This document shows, piece after piece, positions 41,237-55,918 of a stretch of 64,000 nucleotides of DNA. This stretch comes from the human T2T-CHM13v2.0 reference genome, Homo sapiens. A model generated the notes under the pieces. That model worked only from the letters and a program-made list of their open reading frames with translations, ran no database searches and was not told the origin of the DNA. The position numbers and the translations under genes are program-made. Each line of letters starts with the position of its first letter. Position 1 is the stretch's first letter. Where the stretch lies: assembly GCF_009914755.1 (NCBI RefSeq), contig NC_060931.1; one strand, given 5' to 3'.

Positions 41237-42439
41237 CAAGAAGATTATAATAAACATTTAGAAATAGGGCATTGTATTTTATTTAAGAAACAGATACATA
41301 AATGTTTTGTTTTCAACTTAAATGGTTTTTTACATATGGTTAACTCTAAGTTTGATTTTTTAAGTGGCAGTATGGCCAGGATTTTAAAATTAAAGCAGAA
41401 ATTAAACAGCTGCTGTCCCTTAGACTACAATCACTTATTTCTGTAGTAATAGCCTTTTTCTTAAAAAAAAAAAAAAAAAAAAAAAGAGAGAGAATGTAGG
41501 AGGGTAATTGACAGCATTTTATAGTCAGTGTGGAGGCCAAAAATTATCCAACCTAGTCATGTCATATGCTAATGTTGATTAAATTTAATGCTGAGATTTT
41601 TCAGCAAGTGAAAAAAAATTCAATCTATTTGTTTCAACCTAAGAGAGACCATTTATGGAATTCTTGCTGTTTGTAATTGACCACTATTAGAGAAGGAACT
41701 GTGTAATGCAGCTGCCCTCTGTGATTATTTTCTGCTTTCCTTAATAAATTACAATTTACAGTAGCACTCACTAGGAGCACTGTTTGCCGCCCCAGTCTGC
41801 ATGGGCAGACGGCAGAATCACCAAATGAGCACCAGCAAGGTTGAGATGAGGCCACCGCGTGCCCACCATCATAACCAGTTCACCCAAGTGACAAACAAGC
41901 CGAAGCTACCACCTTGGCTAAAAAAAGAAATTGACTGCTGCTCAATTAAGCAGAAATGAGACTGTCACTCAGGGGGGTGGACACTGAGAATTGCCTTATT
42001 TAGTGCTCAATAGCAATTTGGGTTTTTGGAAGTTATTTTACAGTTGTAATTACAAAGGGAAATGAAGTCTGCTTTTGCAGTGTTACCAGGTGCTCTTCCT
42101 TCCATTATAACCTTGATGAATAGCCCCCCAGAGCAAACACACTGGCTGCTCTGCTAACTGGTTTTATTATGCAAGTACAGGATTAAAAGGAATGCCATTC
42201 AGTTGAGGCAGCATCTTAAGACCTGGGGACGTCTGTCCCCATGTAAAACTTCTGGTGAATGATTTAAACTATCTCTACTAGGCCAACATCCTTTTAAGCT
42301 AAGAAAACCACATTCTAATCTAGACATTTGATATAAAAATTAGATTTCATGAAATAGCATAAACGTATTGTCGTTAGCTCTTCTCTGCCATGGAATCACT
42401 GGAGACAAATGTGATCATGTGACAAGGTCCAGGTCCTGA

Positions 42440-42795
42440 GCTGGCGCAAGAGAGCAGAACTCAGGCTCCACTTCTAACTTTCTATAGTCAGACCTCAGGG
42501 CACACCCTTCACTTTTCTGTGCTCCACTTTTCCCTCCTGTTAAACGGGGTTTTCTAAACGGAATACTTGTAAGGAGGGCTACTGAGAGAGATGCTGTGGA
42601 AGCAGACCACAGCAGAGTCACGGACTCCTAGAATGTTGGCGGGGACTTGAGCAGCCATCCTGTCCAGCCCCCTCTTTGACAGTGGAGGGAACTGAGGCTG
42701 GAAGGAGGAGTGACTGCCCAAGGCCACACAGCCACTTTAGTGTAGGGCCAGAGAGGGAAGCAGATCTCCGAGTCACAGGCCAAGAGCCTCTCCAG
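42440..42795. mobile_element. Two opposed MIR fragments
   Basis: CTAGAATGTTGG...AGCCATCCTGTCCAGCCCC...GGGAACTGAGGC...TGCCCAAGGCCACACAGC. Confidence 0.6.
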
Positions 42796-43616
42796 GAAAA
42801 CTTCGAAGCTGAGTGGAATTCAATGCAAAAGTCACAACTTCCACCTTATATCTGACACACAGTGGGTTGCACAGCAATCACAGCCTCGATCTCAGCAAGA
42901 ATGCTAGCTGATGGCCAAATGATCAGGATATTCCCTCTTGAAATGGGCATGATTGCTGTGCCTATGTTAAAGAGGGAACCAATGACAGGACATAATTATT
43001 AAGCATGTGCCATCTGTCAAGTGCTGCCCTGATCAGTAAGCTTGCAGATGGGATCCCCATCTCCCCCAAACAAATGAGGAGAATGAGATCCTTCCATTCC
43101 CTTCTGCCTAAAAGTTTCCTCTAAAGCACAGACACAACAATGGAACTAACCAATGAATCTGTGTCTTCCAAGTATTCCGGAAACTCTACACCTCTGGTGG
43201 CCTGAGTGGGAAACCACTTGCAAGAGTTGGGTTGGTGAGCTAAGAGCTAACCTTCTGACCCTGGCAATAAACAAATAGTAAAGTTGTCTTTTGCTAGTCA
43301 GTACAAAACTCCCTCTCACTGCTCTAAAAACCATTTGGAATTGGTCCAACTTGCATATCTGTTGGATGTTTAAGAAATAGATTAAGAGGTCAACAGAGAA
43401 AACAAGGCATCTCCAGATGGTTGTCTAAATGGACAATGGTAAGAAGAAAGGAGTGGAGGGGCTAGGGAGTTCATTGTGGTGGAACAAAAAGGGGCTAATC
43501 AGATCACGGAAGCAGAGAGAAGCCCAGAGTCACCAGTGGAGGGAGCCTGCGATTTTTAGGATTTGTTAAATCGAGAGTCATGGAAAATTCAAGTCAACAG
43601 GATTAAACTATATTGG

Positions 43617-43780
43617 GCAGTGCTTCTTGAACTTTAAAGTGCACATTAATTAGCTGGGGATCTTGTTAAAATGCCGATTCTGACTCAGGAAGTCTAGGAT
43701 GGGACCTAAAATTCTGCATTTCCACAAAGCTCCCAGGTAATGCTGATGCTACTGGTCCTCAGACCACACTTACTGGAGTA
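43617..43780. mobile_element. MER5A
   Basis: CTGGGGATCTTGTTAAAATGCCGATTCTGACTCAG...TTCTGCATTTCCACAAAGCTCCCAGGTAATGCTGATGCT. Confidence 0.88.
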
Positions 43781-43819
43781 TTTAAGTCCATGTGACTGAC
43801 AAGACAGCTGTAGAGGTAG

Positions 43820-44230
43820 GCTCCAGGATACTCAGTCCAGAGGCTCAATCTCATCCTTGAGGACCCAGTTTATTTCCATTTCTCTGCACTGCTGGCTACA
43901 GCTTTGGCTACAGCCAAACAATGTTTCATCTAGTGCTCATGTAACAGCTTCCAGTTGTAATCTGAGCTACTGGCCTCTTCATTCTCATCCGGTGAGAGAA
44001 TGCCAAGCAGAGCTCTGGGAATTCACCCTAACTGGACCAGCTTAGGTCATATGCCCACCCATGAGCCAGTCACTGTCAGAGGAATGGGCTATGCGAAGTT
44101 TGCTTATGCTCATCAGGCCCCATTCCTTGAGTTGGGCAAGGGAGGAGGTTACCCTCAAGCACAAGGGCTTTGTGGGCAAGAGGTGGCTGCCAGATGAAAA
44201 AATTGGGTGCTGTAGGAAGTAGTATGGAAG
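43820..44230 (-). mobile_element. Old MLT1 LTR
   Basis: TGGACCAGCTTAGGTCATATGCCCACCCATGAGCCAGTCACTGT...GGAATGG. Confidence 0.6.
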
Positions 44231-45045
44231 AATGAACACTGGGTATTTTCAGTTAATGATCCTTTGGTTATGGTGGTTGGTAAAAAATGTGAGCATTAGC
44301 GACATCCCTTGCCAGTCTTGGGTCTTTGGATGCCCCTAAGCTTTCACTTTGTGTGTGCAAGATCATATTGAGGACTTCACACCCACAAAGGTGTCTGCTA
44401 GTGTCACCCACCTACATCCACCCACACATACACACTTGTAAACCCCTGGTTAAAGTGGATGAAAAGGGCTAAGGTCATCTGTGTTTCATGAATGAAATCT
44501 GTTTGCCAGCATCCTTCTGTACTGTGGACCTCCTTCCGTGCCTCCACCATTTCCATTGTCCTGGTACAAGATCCAAATGTGTTCTTGGGACCCCAGTAAA
44601 GTGTACTTACCCTGTGTTTCATTTTCCAGGGTGACAACTAGCTGATCTGATAACCTGCTTGATATCATGTGTGCCCAGTGGTAAAATGTGTTACTTCTCC
44701 CAAAGGGATCATGCTTAGGTTTTAAACTGGTGTCCTCTGCAGCCTCAGCATCTTGAATCAAAGGATTGAGCCCAATAATGGGAATTCAGGCATCATGACA
44801 GACTCCAGTGGGAAGACATTTGGGGACAAAGGAGCTTTTGGAGCCCCTTAGGCCACAGTATGTTGGCAGCCATGTGTCCTCACCCAGAGGGAAGGGTAGC
44901 CAAGATTGAAGAGAAAATGCACTTCCAGTTTAAAGGCTATTTTTCACAGGGGCACATTCTCTAATAGAAACACACACACACCGTGACATAAAAAAGCATG
45001 TTGCTCACGCCTCTATTTATTACTGTTACTTTCAGTATTTATTTA

Positions 45046-45394
<349 letters not shown>

Positions 45395-46440
45395 ATAAGG
45401 TCAAAATTAAAAATTAAAAGAGTGTTTTGAGGATGACATCATTTTGTCTGTACATTCTATCAGATATCCATTGAAGTAGCCAAGGTAGCCAGCTGCATTA
45501 GGGCTGGGACCCTGCCAGGTCTCCCTAGAGAGGCCAGGAACAAGGATACTGAGGGTCTCCTGTGTAGTTACCTCATCAGCTCTGACTTGGGATCCAGAAG
45601 GACCCCGTGCCAAGCAGGAGTTAGAATGATCTTTGTACCCCAAGTCATCCTGCACTTTTCTTTGTCCCCCTAAGCTGGCGAGAAAACTATTTAGATTTCC
45701 ATTTTAAAATGTGGTAAGTTTTGCTTCACACTGGTTTAAATTATTGCATATTAGACCAGTAAGAGAAGAGTTTCAGATATAAGTTGAGATCCTAAAACAT
45801 TCCCAGAATCTGCCTCCGCAGTAAGCTGTCAAAGGTGCTATTTTGTTCAGAAAACTACTGGAGGTAATTTTCAGTTCTTAGATCTGGCTGAGGGCATATT
45901 ATAAAAAGTTAAGAGTTGAAGGAGGAGACAGTTTTTGTTTTCTTTCCTCAAAATGGACAGTATTCTATTGAAAAGACACAGGAGCTCATGTGATTCCCAA
46001 AGCTCCAGTGAGTGTTAGTTTGGGGCCTTTCTTCTTCTGCCCTGGAGAACAGAAGGGAGGCCTGGAGCAGTGGGCCATAGGGAAGTTTCCTTTCTTACTC
46101 CAAGAAGTGCAGTCAGCTGCGCCTGCCAGGAAGCTGTTAGGATGGGGACTTTATCTTCGGGGAGTGCTTATACCTTTCTAGCTGTGGATACAACTGTACA
46201 CAGGAGGAAAGAGTCAAGTGTAACTCCCTATGAAAGAAAAAAAAATTTAAAGATAAGAACTAAGAGATGGATACTGAATTGTTCCTAGATACATATTTTA
46301 AACTCTTGCTTTCATAAAACCAGTCTCTAAAATGACATTTAATAAGGGAAGACAGCTGCCTTAGAGGGCCAGAGGCTTGGGCTTTGGTGCCATTTCTGCT
46401 GTTTACTGCTGTGTGCCTTTAGAAAGGCCACTTAACCCAG

Positions 46441-46525
46441 TAGAGTGACCAGCTCATCCTGATTTTTATGCTGAAAGTCCCATGTGCCTGGAAACCCCTC
46501 AGTCCCAGGCAAATCAAGGTGGGCC
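46441..46525. mobile_element. MER81-like hAT-Blackjack MITE inside a MIR
   Basis: TAGAGTGACCAGCTCATCC...CTGAAAGTCCC...GGAAACCCCTCAGTCCCAGGCAAA. Confidence 0.75.
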
Positions 46526-46554
46526 TTGCTGGGTCTCCCTTTACTCACTGATAA

Positions 46555-46884
<330 letters not shown>

Positions 46885-46949
46885 AGATTAGATTGTTTCT
46901 TAAGTCCCTGTTAGCTGCAGAAAAAACTGATTACCTTAAATTGTTCTAT

Positions 46950-47640
46950 TATTTTGTTTATTTACATATAATGGACTATTTTTACTAAAGGATTTGGGGC
47001 AGCTTATAGAGAATAAGCAGTATAAAATAGAAAATAGATTTTAAAAAGCAGGGCCAGTAAAAACATATAGAATAGAAGAACAAGGCCAAGGTTCAAGCTG
47101 AAGCAGAGAGATGCTGGACATTGATCCAATAACTATTACAATTGAGTGGCAAATCTGGCTCTGAGCTTCCTGGCAGTCAAAGCAAAAAAACAAAACAAAA
47201 CAAAAAGCCTAATCTATAATATGATTCATTGTGCATGAGGAAAAGTATTAATTTCTCAGGGGAATAAAAGATTTTCCTGGGATTTGGTCTGAAAGAAATT
47301 TTACACATGCATCTTTATATAGAGGATATTGAATTGGTTCAGAAACACTGACTTAACAACGTCTTAACAGTAAATGCAATAATGACCTCACATGGCTGTT
47401 TATTGGGAGTCCTTCAATGTAAACAGAGGAGAGTACACCAGAGCAAACTCCGTGCAAATAATCCCAGAGTTTGCCAAAATAATATTGTACAAGATGATAT
47501 TTTTGGCTTGAAAAAGAGAAAATCTACGTAACTTAGAACACTTGGTATGCTGCATGGCCATCAAATAATCCTCTACAGATTAGTATCTTTCAGCCAGACA
47601 TTTCCTTGGGATTATAAAAGGGTTACAAAGCAGGGAAGAA
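46950..47640 (-). mobile_element. L4 (RTE-X) LINE relic
   Basis: AAAGGATTTGGGGCAGCTTA and GCTCTGAGCTTCCTGGCAGTCAAAGCAAAAA resemble recalled L4 3' consensus. Confidence 0.5.
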
Positions 47641-49284
47641 AAGGGTAAAACTGTACCTCAGATAGAACCACACTAGGAGTTCATTGGCAATGGCCCTTGC
47701 TGGAGGTTGCCCCTGGATCTCTTTCCTCACACCCCGGCCCCTCCCACTCCAACCTCCATGTGGCAGGTCCTCTTTCTTCTCCCCGATGGAGTCCCTTCCT
47801 CTTTCCCACAGATCAAATAAAATGTCAGTGCATATGGTGTAGATATCTTTGTATCACTGTCCCAAACTGTTTATCATGAAACCTCCAATTTAGAATTTGA
47901 TTTGGGTTTTGTCTTTAAATAACAAATGTCTGTTGAAGTGTTTCATCCTAATTAAGAGCTCAAACTTCCAAGAGGGAATTCAGATCTCCACCTGGAACTA
48001 CAGATGGAATTTTAAGGCCTTGGGTGGTGCTCCAGAGTCCAGGTCAAAGCCTTTGAAAATGAAAACATTTTCCCCCAAGTGCTTATGGAACCCACCATTC
48101 CCTGGGTAATGTGGCTGGGGTTGTTGGAAGAGATCTTTCTTTATTTTCCACGGCAAATGCCAACATCTCTGAACTTTTCTTTGTTATATCCATAACACAG
48201 ATGTAAAGACAGAGAGAAATTAAGAAATTAGATCCAGGTGAAGGTAAATGAACATCTGGCAGAAGCAGGGTCCTTTTTAAATTAATTTTTTGGGGGGGGG
48301 TTTATTTTGTTTTTATTATTATTATAAAGTCAACACATGCTTACAATAAAAACTCAAATAAAAAAGAGTAAAAAGTAATACTTCCTTTCCCTTCAGACCT
48401 ACTTCCCAGAGGAGATAGGAAAGATGCACAGCTTGCATATTTTTCTAGATATGTTCTATTGAGCCATATTTCTGATCAAAGATGATCTGTCAAGGATCTG
48501 GAAGCTGACTTAACAAATAACTTGCTATTTTTTCAAAAAAAAGTACAAGATACTGATTGAGCATAAAAGTCATGGTTCTTAACTGAATCTCAAATCAGAG
48601 CGAGTACCTTATCATTTGGTCAGTGTTTTTCATAACTAAGACCCTTACTCACCTAACATAGGCTACCTACCATAGGTAGCCTAGTATGACAACAGGGAAA
48701 ATGTTGCAGAAGAAACACATGTGTCTGGAGCAGTTAGCAAACACAAAGGTTCATTAGGGATCCTGTGAAACTCAGCAGCATATTTTACCATCATCTACAG
48801 AAATTTAGATATCCTAAGATATAACTTGAGACACTGTGGCATGAGATGGTAGATCTGTTAGATTAAGATCCTTTAAGATGGTGGGATTCTGCAGGTGGTC
48901 ATATAGTTCTAAAACTGATTCACCGTTAAGGTTACTGAGTGTTGGAAACTAGAGCATAAGTGGTACCAAATTCAGGAAGAAGAAGTAACAATTTGTCTGA
49001 CTTCCTTGACTCTTGCCTTATTTTTTATTTTTATGAGTCCTTTTAAGGGAATCAAAGTTTCCCTTTCTAATAAAATATAAGTAATCTCAAGTTAACAGTA
49101 ATAATGAGAAAAGTAAATAATGCAGTTTAAAACTTTTAGCATATGTACACATGCAATAAAAAACACCAGAGACATGTCTCTGCCTTTCAATTTCTTTATC
49201 TGTAAAATGGAAAGAACTTTCCTCATTGTGCTTGCCTGAACTAACAGATTACTGTGAAAAACTTTTGAAACTGTCAACACCATT

Positions 49285-49839
49285 TGTATTAGTTATCTAT
49301 TGCTGTGTAACAAAATTACCATATATGTGGTGACTCAAAACTAGACAATCATTTATTATCTTCTGCAGTTTTTGTGGGTCAAGAATTCAGACAGGCCCAG
49401 CAGGGATTTCTTGTCTCTGCTTCTCACTGTTAATGGTTTTGGCTGGAAAACTCAAAGCTTCAGAACTGGAAGCATGTGAAGGCTCTTCACTCACATGTCT
49501 GGCAACTGATGCTGACTGTTGACTGAAGGTCTAACTGGGACTGTGGATTAGAACACCCACATGTGGCTTCTCCATGTGGCCTGGGCTTCCCTAAAACATG
49601 GTAGCTGGGTTCCAAAGGCAAGTGTCCTGAAAGAGCCAAGTGGGAGCTATATCCTATGAGAGGTCACATAGCATTGCTTCCACCATATTCCATTGGTCAG
49701 GGTAGTCACACCAAGATTTGAAGAGAGGAGACAGACTCCCATCTCTTGGTGAAGAAGTGCCAGGCATCTTGCAAAAAGAGCGTATGGGATAGAAGAACCT
49801 TATAGATATTGCGATTTCTGGAAAATACAATCTGGTACA
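49285..49839 (-). mobile_element. MLT1 (F/G/H-like) solo LTR inside a MIR
   Basis: TGTATTAGTTATCTATTGCTGTGTAACAAA...CTCCATGTGGCCTGGGCTTCC...GGAAAATACAATCTGGTACA; TSD CCATT/CTATT. Confidence 0.88.
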
Positions 49840-50896
49840 CTATTCAATGGAGAAAGGGTTATTGTTAGTGGTAATATTAATGCTAGGAAGGTTTTTTAGA
49901 CATGATTATTAACACTCCTCTTTTGTCAGATCTTGGACTATCTCTATGTGCAAAACAGTGAAATAGGTAAGGCTTGTTTTCAAAGATGTGCCCCTGCCCC
50001 TAGCCTTCTACTTCACTCTTATATTTATTCTTCCTCTCTCCCAGGGGTTCATCTTTCCATAACACTTCCCAGATTCCCAAGCTCCAGACATTTCTATTTT
50101 TCTACCTCCCATGCAAACTCAACCTTTGCTGTCCCCATCCACCAAGGCCTCAAGAGATCTCACTTTCAACCCCACTTGCTAAAGTAAAAATGGTTTATGA
50201 GCCATCTCAGAGACAGAACTAATTTCTACAGCATCAGGGCTTTGTGAAAGCAATGTCATATGCCAACACATATCTTGGGGGACCAGTAAAGCCAGTAAGG
50301 TTCTTGCACTGTAAAGGAATTTGCTCCTTGCTTCAGAAGAGCCAAAGCATGTCCTTGATAGACACCAGAATGTTACCTCTTGTTATCTGTGGAATTATGG
50401 GTGACTTTTACTTTATCCATTCATATTTTCAATCTTTTATAAGTTTTCCACAAAGAATGTGTATTGATTTTGTCATTTGGAAACAAAGCTATTTTTTAAC
50501 AGCTTTATTGAGATATAATTCACAGACCATACAATTCGCACACTTAAAGTGTACAATTCAGTGGCTTTTAGTGTATTTACAGAGGCGTGCATCCATCACC
50601 ACAATCAACTTTAGAAACATTTTTATTACCTCCCAAAGAAACCTCACACCCCTTAGCTGTCCCCCTTAACTCCTCATCCCCCATTTTCTGTCTCTATGGA
50701 TTTGCCTGTTCTGTACCTTTCATGTAAAAGGAATCATATAATATGTGGTCTTTTGTGACTGGTTTCTTTCACATAGCATAAGGCTTTTCAAGGTTTTATG
50801 GATTATAGAATGTATCAGTATTTCTTTCTTTTTATTGCTGAATAGCATCTCATCATATGGGTATATCACATTTCATTTATCCATTCACCAGTTGAG

Positions 50897-51408
50897 AGAT
50901 GTGCCAAATCTTTACCCCTGGAAGTGAGTCATAGGAGCCAGAATTTCTCTTCCCCAAAGTGAGTCATAGAACCTAGAACTCCTCTCCCCAAAGCAAGCCA
51001 TAAAACCTAGGATGATCACTCTCCCTCTTCCCTTCTTCCTTGAAGACTCTCATCCCAGAAGGATCTTGCCCAATCCTCAAGGAAGGAATGCTACACAGAG
51101 AGGCCAAGAAGGATTTGAACAGACAGGTCTTGCTGGGTTCCCCCTCTCCATCTATTACTATTAGATCATACCCTTTTAATCTAATCATATTTCTGCATGG
51201 CCATCCATTCTTCATTAAACCTAAGCATAAACATACACAATTTTCCCTGGTTTTTGGATCTTTATTTCTGAAGGCTCCTATGTCACGTAAAACTTTGATT
51301 AAATAAGCTATTATGCTGTTGTCTTGTTAACCCAACTCCTGCTATAGGCGTGTTGGTTGTGATTCTTATGATGGGTGAGGAAAGGTACCACACCTTTCCA
51401 CCCCTACA
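50897..51408 (+). mobile_element. ERV1 solo LTR (MER39/MER34-like), probably 5'-incomplete
   Basis: AGAGAGGCCAAGAAGGATTTGAACAGACAGGTCTTGCTGGG...CTGAAGGCTCC...CCCCTACA terminus. Confidence 0.75.
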
Positions 51409-51856
51409 GGGACATCTGAGTGGTTTCTGTTTTTTGCCTATTATACATACTACTACTGCTGTGGACATTCGTTTATAATTTTGTGACTGGACACACATTT
51501 TCATTTCTCTTATATATACACATGTGAATGGAATTGTTAGACTATGTGGTAGCTGTTTAACCATGTGAGGAACTATAGGGCTGTTCTTCAAAGTTGGTGT
51601 ACCATTTTACATTCCTACCAGCAGTGTCTGAGTGTTCTAATTTTCTCTACATCCTCCCCAACACTAAATTATTACCTGTCTTTGCGTCTAGCCATCCTAC
51701 TGGGGTGTATCACATTGTGGTTTTGATTTGTATTTCTCTAACTGCTAGTGATGTTGAGCATCTTTTCATGGGCTTGTTGGCCATTTGTGTATCTTCTTAG
51801 GAGAAATGTTGATTCAAATTCATTGCCAATCTTTCAACTGGATTGTCTTTTTATTA

Positions 51857-52403
51857 CAGTAGTCCCCCCTTATCCACGGGGGATATGTTCCAAGACCTCC
51901 AGTGGATGCCTGAAACTGAAAAGAGTACCAAACCTTATATATACTTTGCTTTTTCCTATGCATACATACCTGTGTTAAAGTTTAATTTATAAATTAGGCA
52001 CAGTAAGAGATTCACAATAACTAATAATAAATGGAACAATTATAAAAATATGCCAGCATCACTACGATTGCACTTTGGAGCCACTATTTAGTAAAACAAA
52101 GGTTACTTGAACACAAGCACTGCAATATTATGACAGTTGATCTGATAATTAGGAAGGTTCCTAAGTGACTAATGGGTGGGTAGAGGATACAGCGTGGATG
52201 TGCTGGACAAAGGGATGCTTCACTTACCCGGTGAGGTGAAGCGGGGTGGCATGAGATTTCATCACACTGCTCAGAATGGCCTGCAATTTAAAACTTATTA
52301 ATTGCCTATTTCTGGAATTTTCTATTTAATATTTTCAGCCCATGGTTGACTGTGGGTAGCTAAAACTGCAGAAAGCAAAACCATGGACAAGGAGGAACTA
52401 CTG
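51857..52403 (+). mobile_element. MER44 (Tigger7-derived) non-autonomous transposon, complete
   Basis: TIRs CAGTAGTCCCCCCTTATCCACGG and CCATGGACAAGGAGGAACTACTG; TA duplication on both sides. Confidence 0.92.
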
Positions 52404-53005
52404 TATAGAATTGTAATTGATCTTTATATATTCTAGATACAAATCCTTTACCAGATGTGTGATTTACCAAATTTTCTATAGATTGTCTTTTCACTTTCTT
52501 GATGGTGTCTTTTGGAGCATAAAAGTTGTAATTTTGATGAAGTCCAGCTCATTTGTTTTTTTCTTGTCCATGTGCTTCGATGTCATATATATGTAAAAAA
52601 ATCATTGCTTAATCCAAGGTCACAAAGATTTACCCCTATATTTCTTCTCAGATTTTTATACTTTCAGCTCTTACACTTAAGTTTTTGATCAATTTTGAGT
52701 TAATTTTTGTATATGCTGTGAGGTAGGGGTTCAACTTCATTCTTTTGCATGTGGATATCCAATTTTCCAGCATTATTTGTTGAAGAGACTATTTTTTCCC
52801 CATGGAATTGTTTTGACACCTTTGTCAAGAAAATCAATTGACTAGAAATTCAGGGGATTATTTCTGGTCTCTCAATTTTTTTTTACTGATCTATATGTCT
52901 ATCCTGAGAGAATAACTCACTGTCTTGATTATTGTAGCTTTGTAGTGAGTTTTGAAGTTGGGATATGTGATACTCCAAGTTTTTCTTTACTTGCAAGGTT
53001 GTTTT

Positions 53006-54325
53006 GACAGAAGACATACAAATGGCCAACAGACATATGAAAAAATGCTCAATATCACTAATCATCAGAGAAATGCAGATCAAAACCACAATGGATATCA
53101 CCTCACCCCAGTTGGAATGGTTGTTATCAAAAAAGACAAAAAATAACAAGAGCTACTGTAGAGAAAATGGAATTGTTAGACACCATTGGTGGAAATGTAT
53201 TATGGAAAGCCATTATGGAAAATAGTATGGAAGTTACTCAAAATATTAAAAATAGAACTACTATATGATCCAGCAATCCCATTACTGGGTATATATCCAA
53301 AGAAAAGGAAGTCAGTATATCAAAGAGATAGCACTCCAATATTTACTACAGCACTATTCACAATATCCAAGATATGAAATAACTTGTGTCCATCTACTGA
53401 TGAATGGATAAAGGAAATTTTATACACACACACACACAGAAATACTATTCAGCCATAAAACAGAATGAAATACTGTCACTGGCTAGGTGCAGTGGCTCAT
53501 ACCTACAATCCCAGCACTTTGGGAGGCCGAGGCAGGAAGATCACTTAAGCCTGGGAGCTGGAGACCAGCCTGGGCAACATAGTGAAACCTCATCTCTACT
53601 AAAATTAAAAATTAAAAAAAAAATAGCCAAATGTTGTGGCATGCACCTGGAGTCTCCAGCTACTTGGAAAGCCGAGGTAGGAGGATCGCCTGAGCCCAGG
53701 AGTTTCAGGCTGCAGTGAGCCATGATTGGACCACTGCATTCCAGCCTGGGCAACAGAGTGAGACCCTGTCTCAAAAAATAAAAATAAAAGAAAGGGAGGG
53801 AGGGAGGGAGGGAGAAAGGAAAGAAGGAAGGAAGGGAGGGAGGGAAAGACATTCTGTCATTTGCAGCAACATGAGTGAACCTGGAAGACATTAGGTTAAG
53901 TGAAATAAGACTGGCACAGAAAGATAAAGATAAACACACTCTCATTCTTGTGTGGAATCTAAAATCATTGATCTCATAGAAATAGAGAGTAGAACAGCGG
54001 TTACTAGAGAGTGAGGAAGGGGAGAAGAGGGATGGGTAGATGTTAGCTAACATCTAGCCAGTTACAGTTAGACAGAAAGAATTAAGTTCTGGTGTTCTAT
54101 TACACAGTAGAGTGATTGTAGCTAATAAGAATACATTGTATATTTCAAGATAGCTAGAAGAGAGGGCTTTAAATGCTATCACCACAAAGAAATAATAAGT
54201 GTTTAAAATGATGGATATATGCTAATTATCCCGATTTTACCATTATGCAATGTCCACATGCATTGAAACATCACACTGTACCCCATAAATATGTACAATT
54301 TTGTGTCAATTATAAATTTTAAAAG
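53006..54325 (+). mobile_element. 5'-truncated L1MA inserted antisense into L1MB
   Basis: ORF2 C-terminal remnant ([27 protein letters not shown]; ELLYDPAIPLLGIYPK) and L1MA 3'UTR GTACCCCATAAATATGTACAA. Confidence 0.9.
53481..53847 (+). mobile_element. AluJ with (GGGA/GGAA)n tail
   Basis: J-type features; TSD GAAATACTGTCA/GACATTCTGTCA. Confidence 0.92.
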
Positions 54326-54563
54326 ACAAAATAGAGACTGTTTTGTCTATTCTGTGTCTCTTGAATTTTTATATGAATTTCAGGATCAGCTTATCAATTT
54401 CTACAAAGATGTCAGCTGGGATTTTGAAAAGAATGACGTTGAATCTGCAGATCAATTTGGGGAATATTGCCTTCCTGATAATAGTACATCTTCTAATCCA
54501 TGAACATGTGATGCTTTCTGTTTATTTAGGTCTTCCTTAATTCCTTTCAGCAATATTTTGTAG

Positions 54564-54917
<354 letters not shown>

Positions 54918-54960
54918 ATTTTATTCTTTTAGGTACTATTATAAATGGAATTGTTTTCCT

Positions 54961-55016
54961 TTTAGTTTTTAGTTTTTGGGGATGGAGTCTCACTCTGTCA
55001 CCCAGGCTGGAATGCA
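54961..55016 (-). mobile_element. Severely 5'-truncated Alu (last ~40 nt plus tail)
   Basis: GATGGAGTCTCACTCTGTCACCCAGGCTGGAATGCA flanked by GTTTTCCT/GTTTTCTT. Confidence 0.8.
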
Positions 55017-55541
55017 GTTTTCTTAATATAATTTTTGCTTGCTCAATGCTACTGCACAGAAATACAGTTGATTTTACTGAACACATTTATTATTTCCAGT
55101 AGTTTGTTAATGGGTTTCCTGGGATTTTCTATACATAAGATCATGTCATCTGCAAATGGAGATAGTTTTACTTCTTCATCTCCAATCTGCATATACTTTA
55201 TTTCATTTTCTTGCCAAATTACCTTGGCTAGACCCTCCAGTACAATGTTGAATAGAAGAGGCAAGAATGGACATACTTGCTTTGTTCCTAATCTTTGGGA
55301 GAAAACATTGTCTTCCACCATTAAGTATGACACTCACTATGGGTTTTTCATAGTTATCTTTTATCAGGTTGAAGAAGTTCCCTCCTATTCCTAGTTTGTT
55401 GAATGTTTTTATCATTAAAGTGTATTGGATTTTGTCAAATACTTTTTCTGTATTTATTGAGCTGATCATGTGGTTTTTGTCCTTATTCTATTGATGTAGT
55501 ATATTACCCTAATTGATTTTTGGATGTTAAACCAACTTTGC

Positions 55542-55918
55542 TTTATGAATCTGGGTGCTCCTGTATCGGGTGCATATATATTTAGGATAGTTAGCTCTCC
55601 TTATTGAAGTGATCCCTTTACCATTATGTAATGGCCTTCTTTGTCTCTTTTGATCTTTGTTGGCTTAAAGTCTGTTTTATCAGAGACTAGGATTCAACCC
55701 CTGCTTTTTTTTTGCTTTCAATTTGCTTGGTAGATCTTCCTCTATCCCTTCATTTTGAGCCTATATGTGTCTCTGCACGTGAGATGGGTCTCCTGAATAC
55801 AGCACATTGATGGGTCTTGACTCTTTATCCAATTTGCCAGTCTGTGTCTTTTAATTGGGGCATTTAGCCCATTTACATTTAAGGTTAATATTGTTATGTG
55901 TGAATTTGATCCTGTCAT
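55542..55918 (-). pseudogene. L1 ORF2 N-terminal endonuclease fragment (~125 codons)
   Basis: Starts ATGACAGGATCAAATTCACACATAACAATATTAACC (MTGSNSHITILT); ends at GGAGCACCCAGATTCATAAA. Confidence 0.9.

Noticed and set aside
41463-41485. Orphan A23 run as a retrocopy tail
   Set aside because: No TSD, upstream poly(A) signal or element body; treated as a mononucleotide microsatellite
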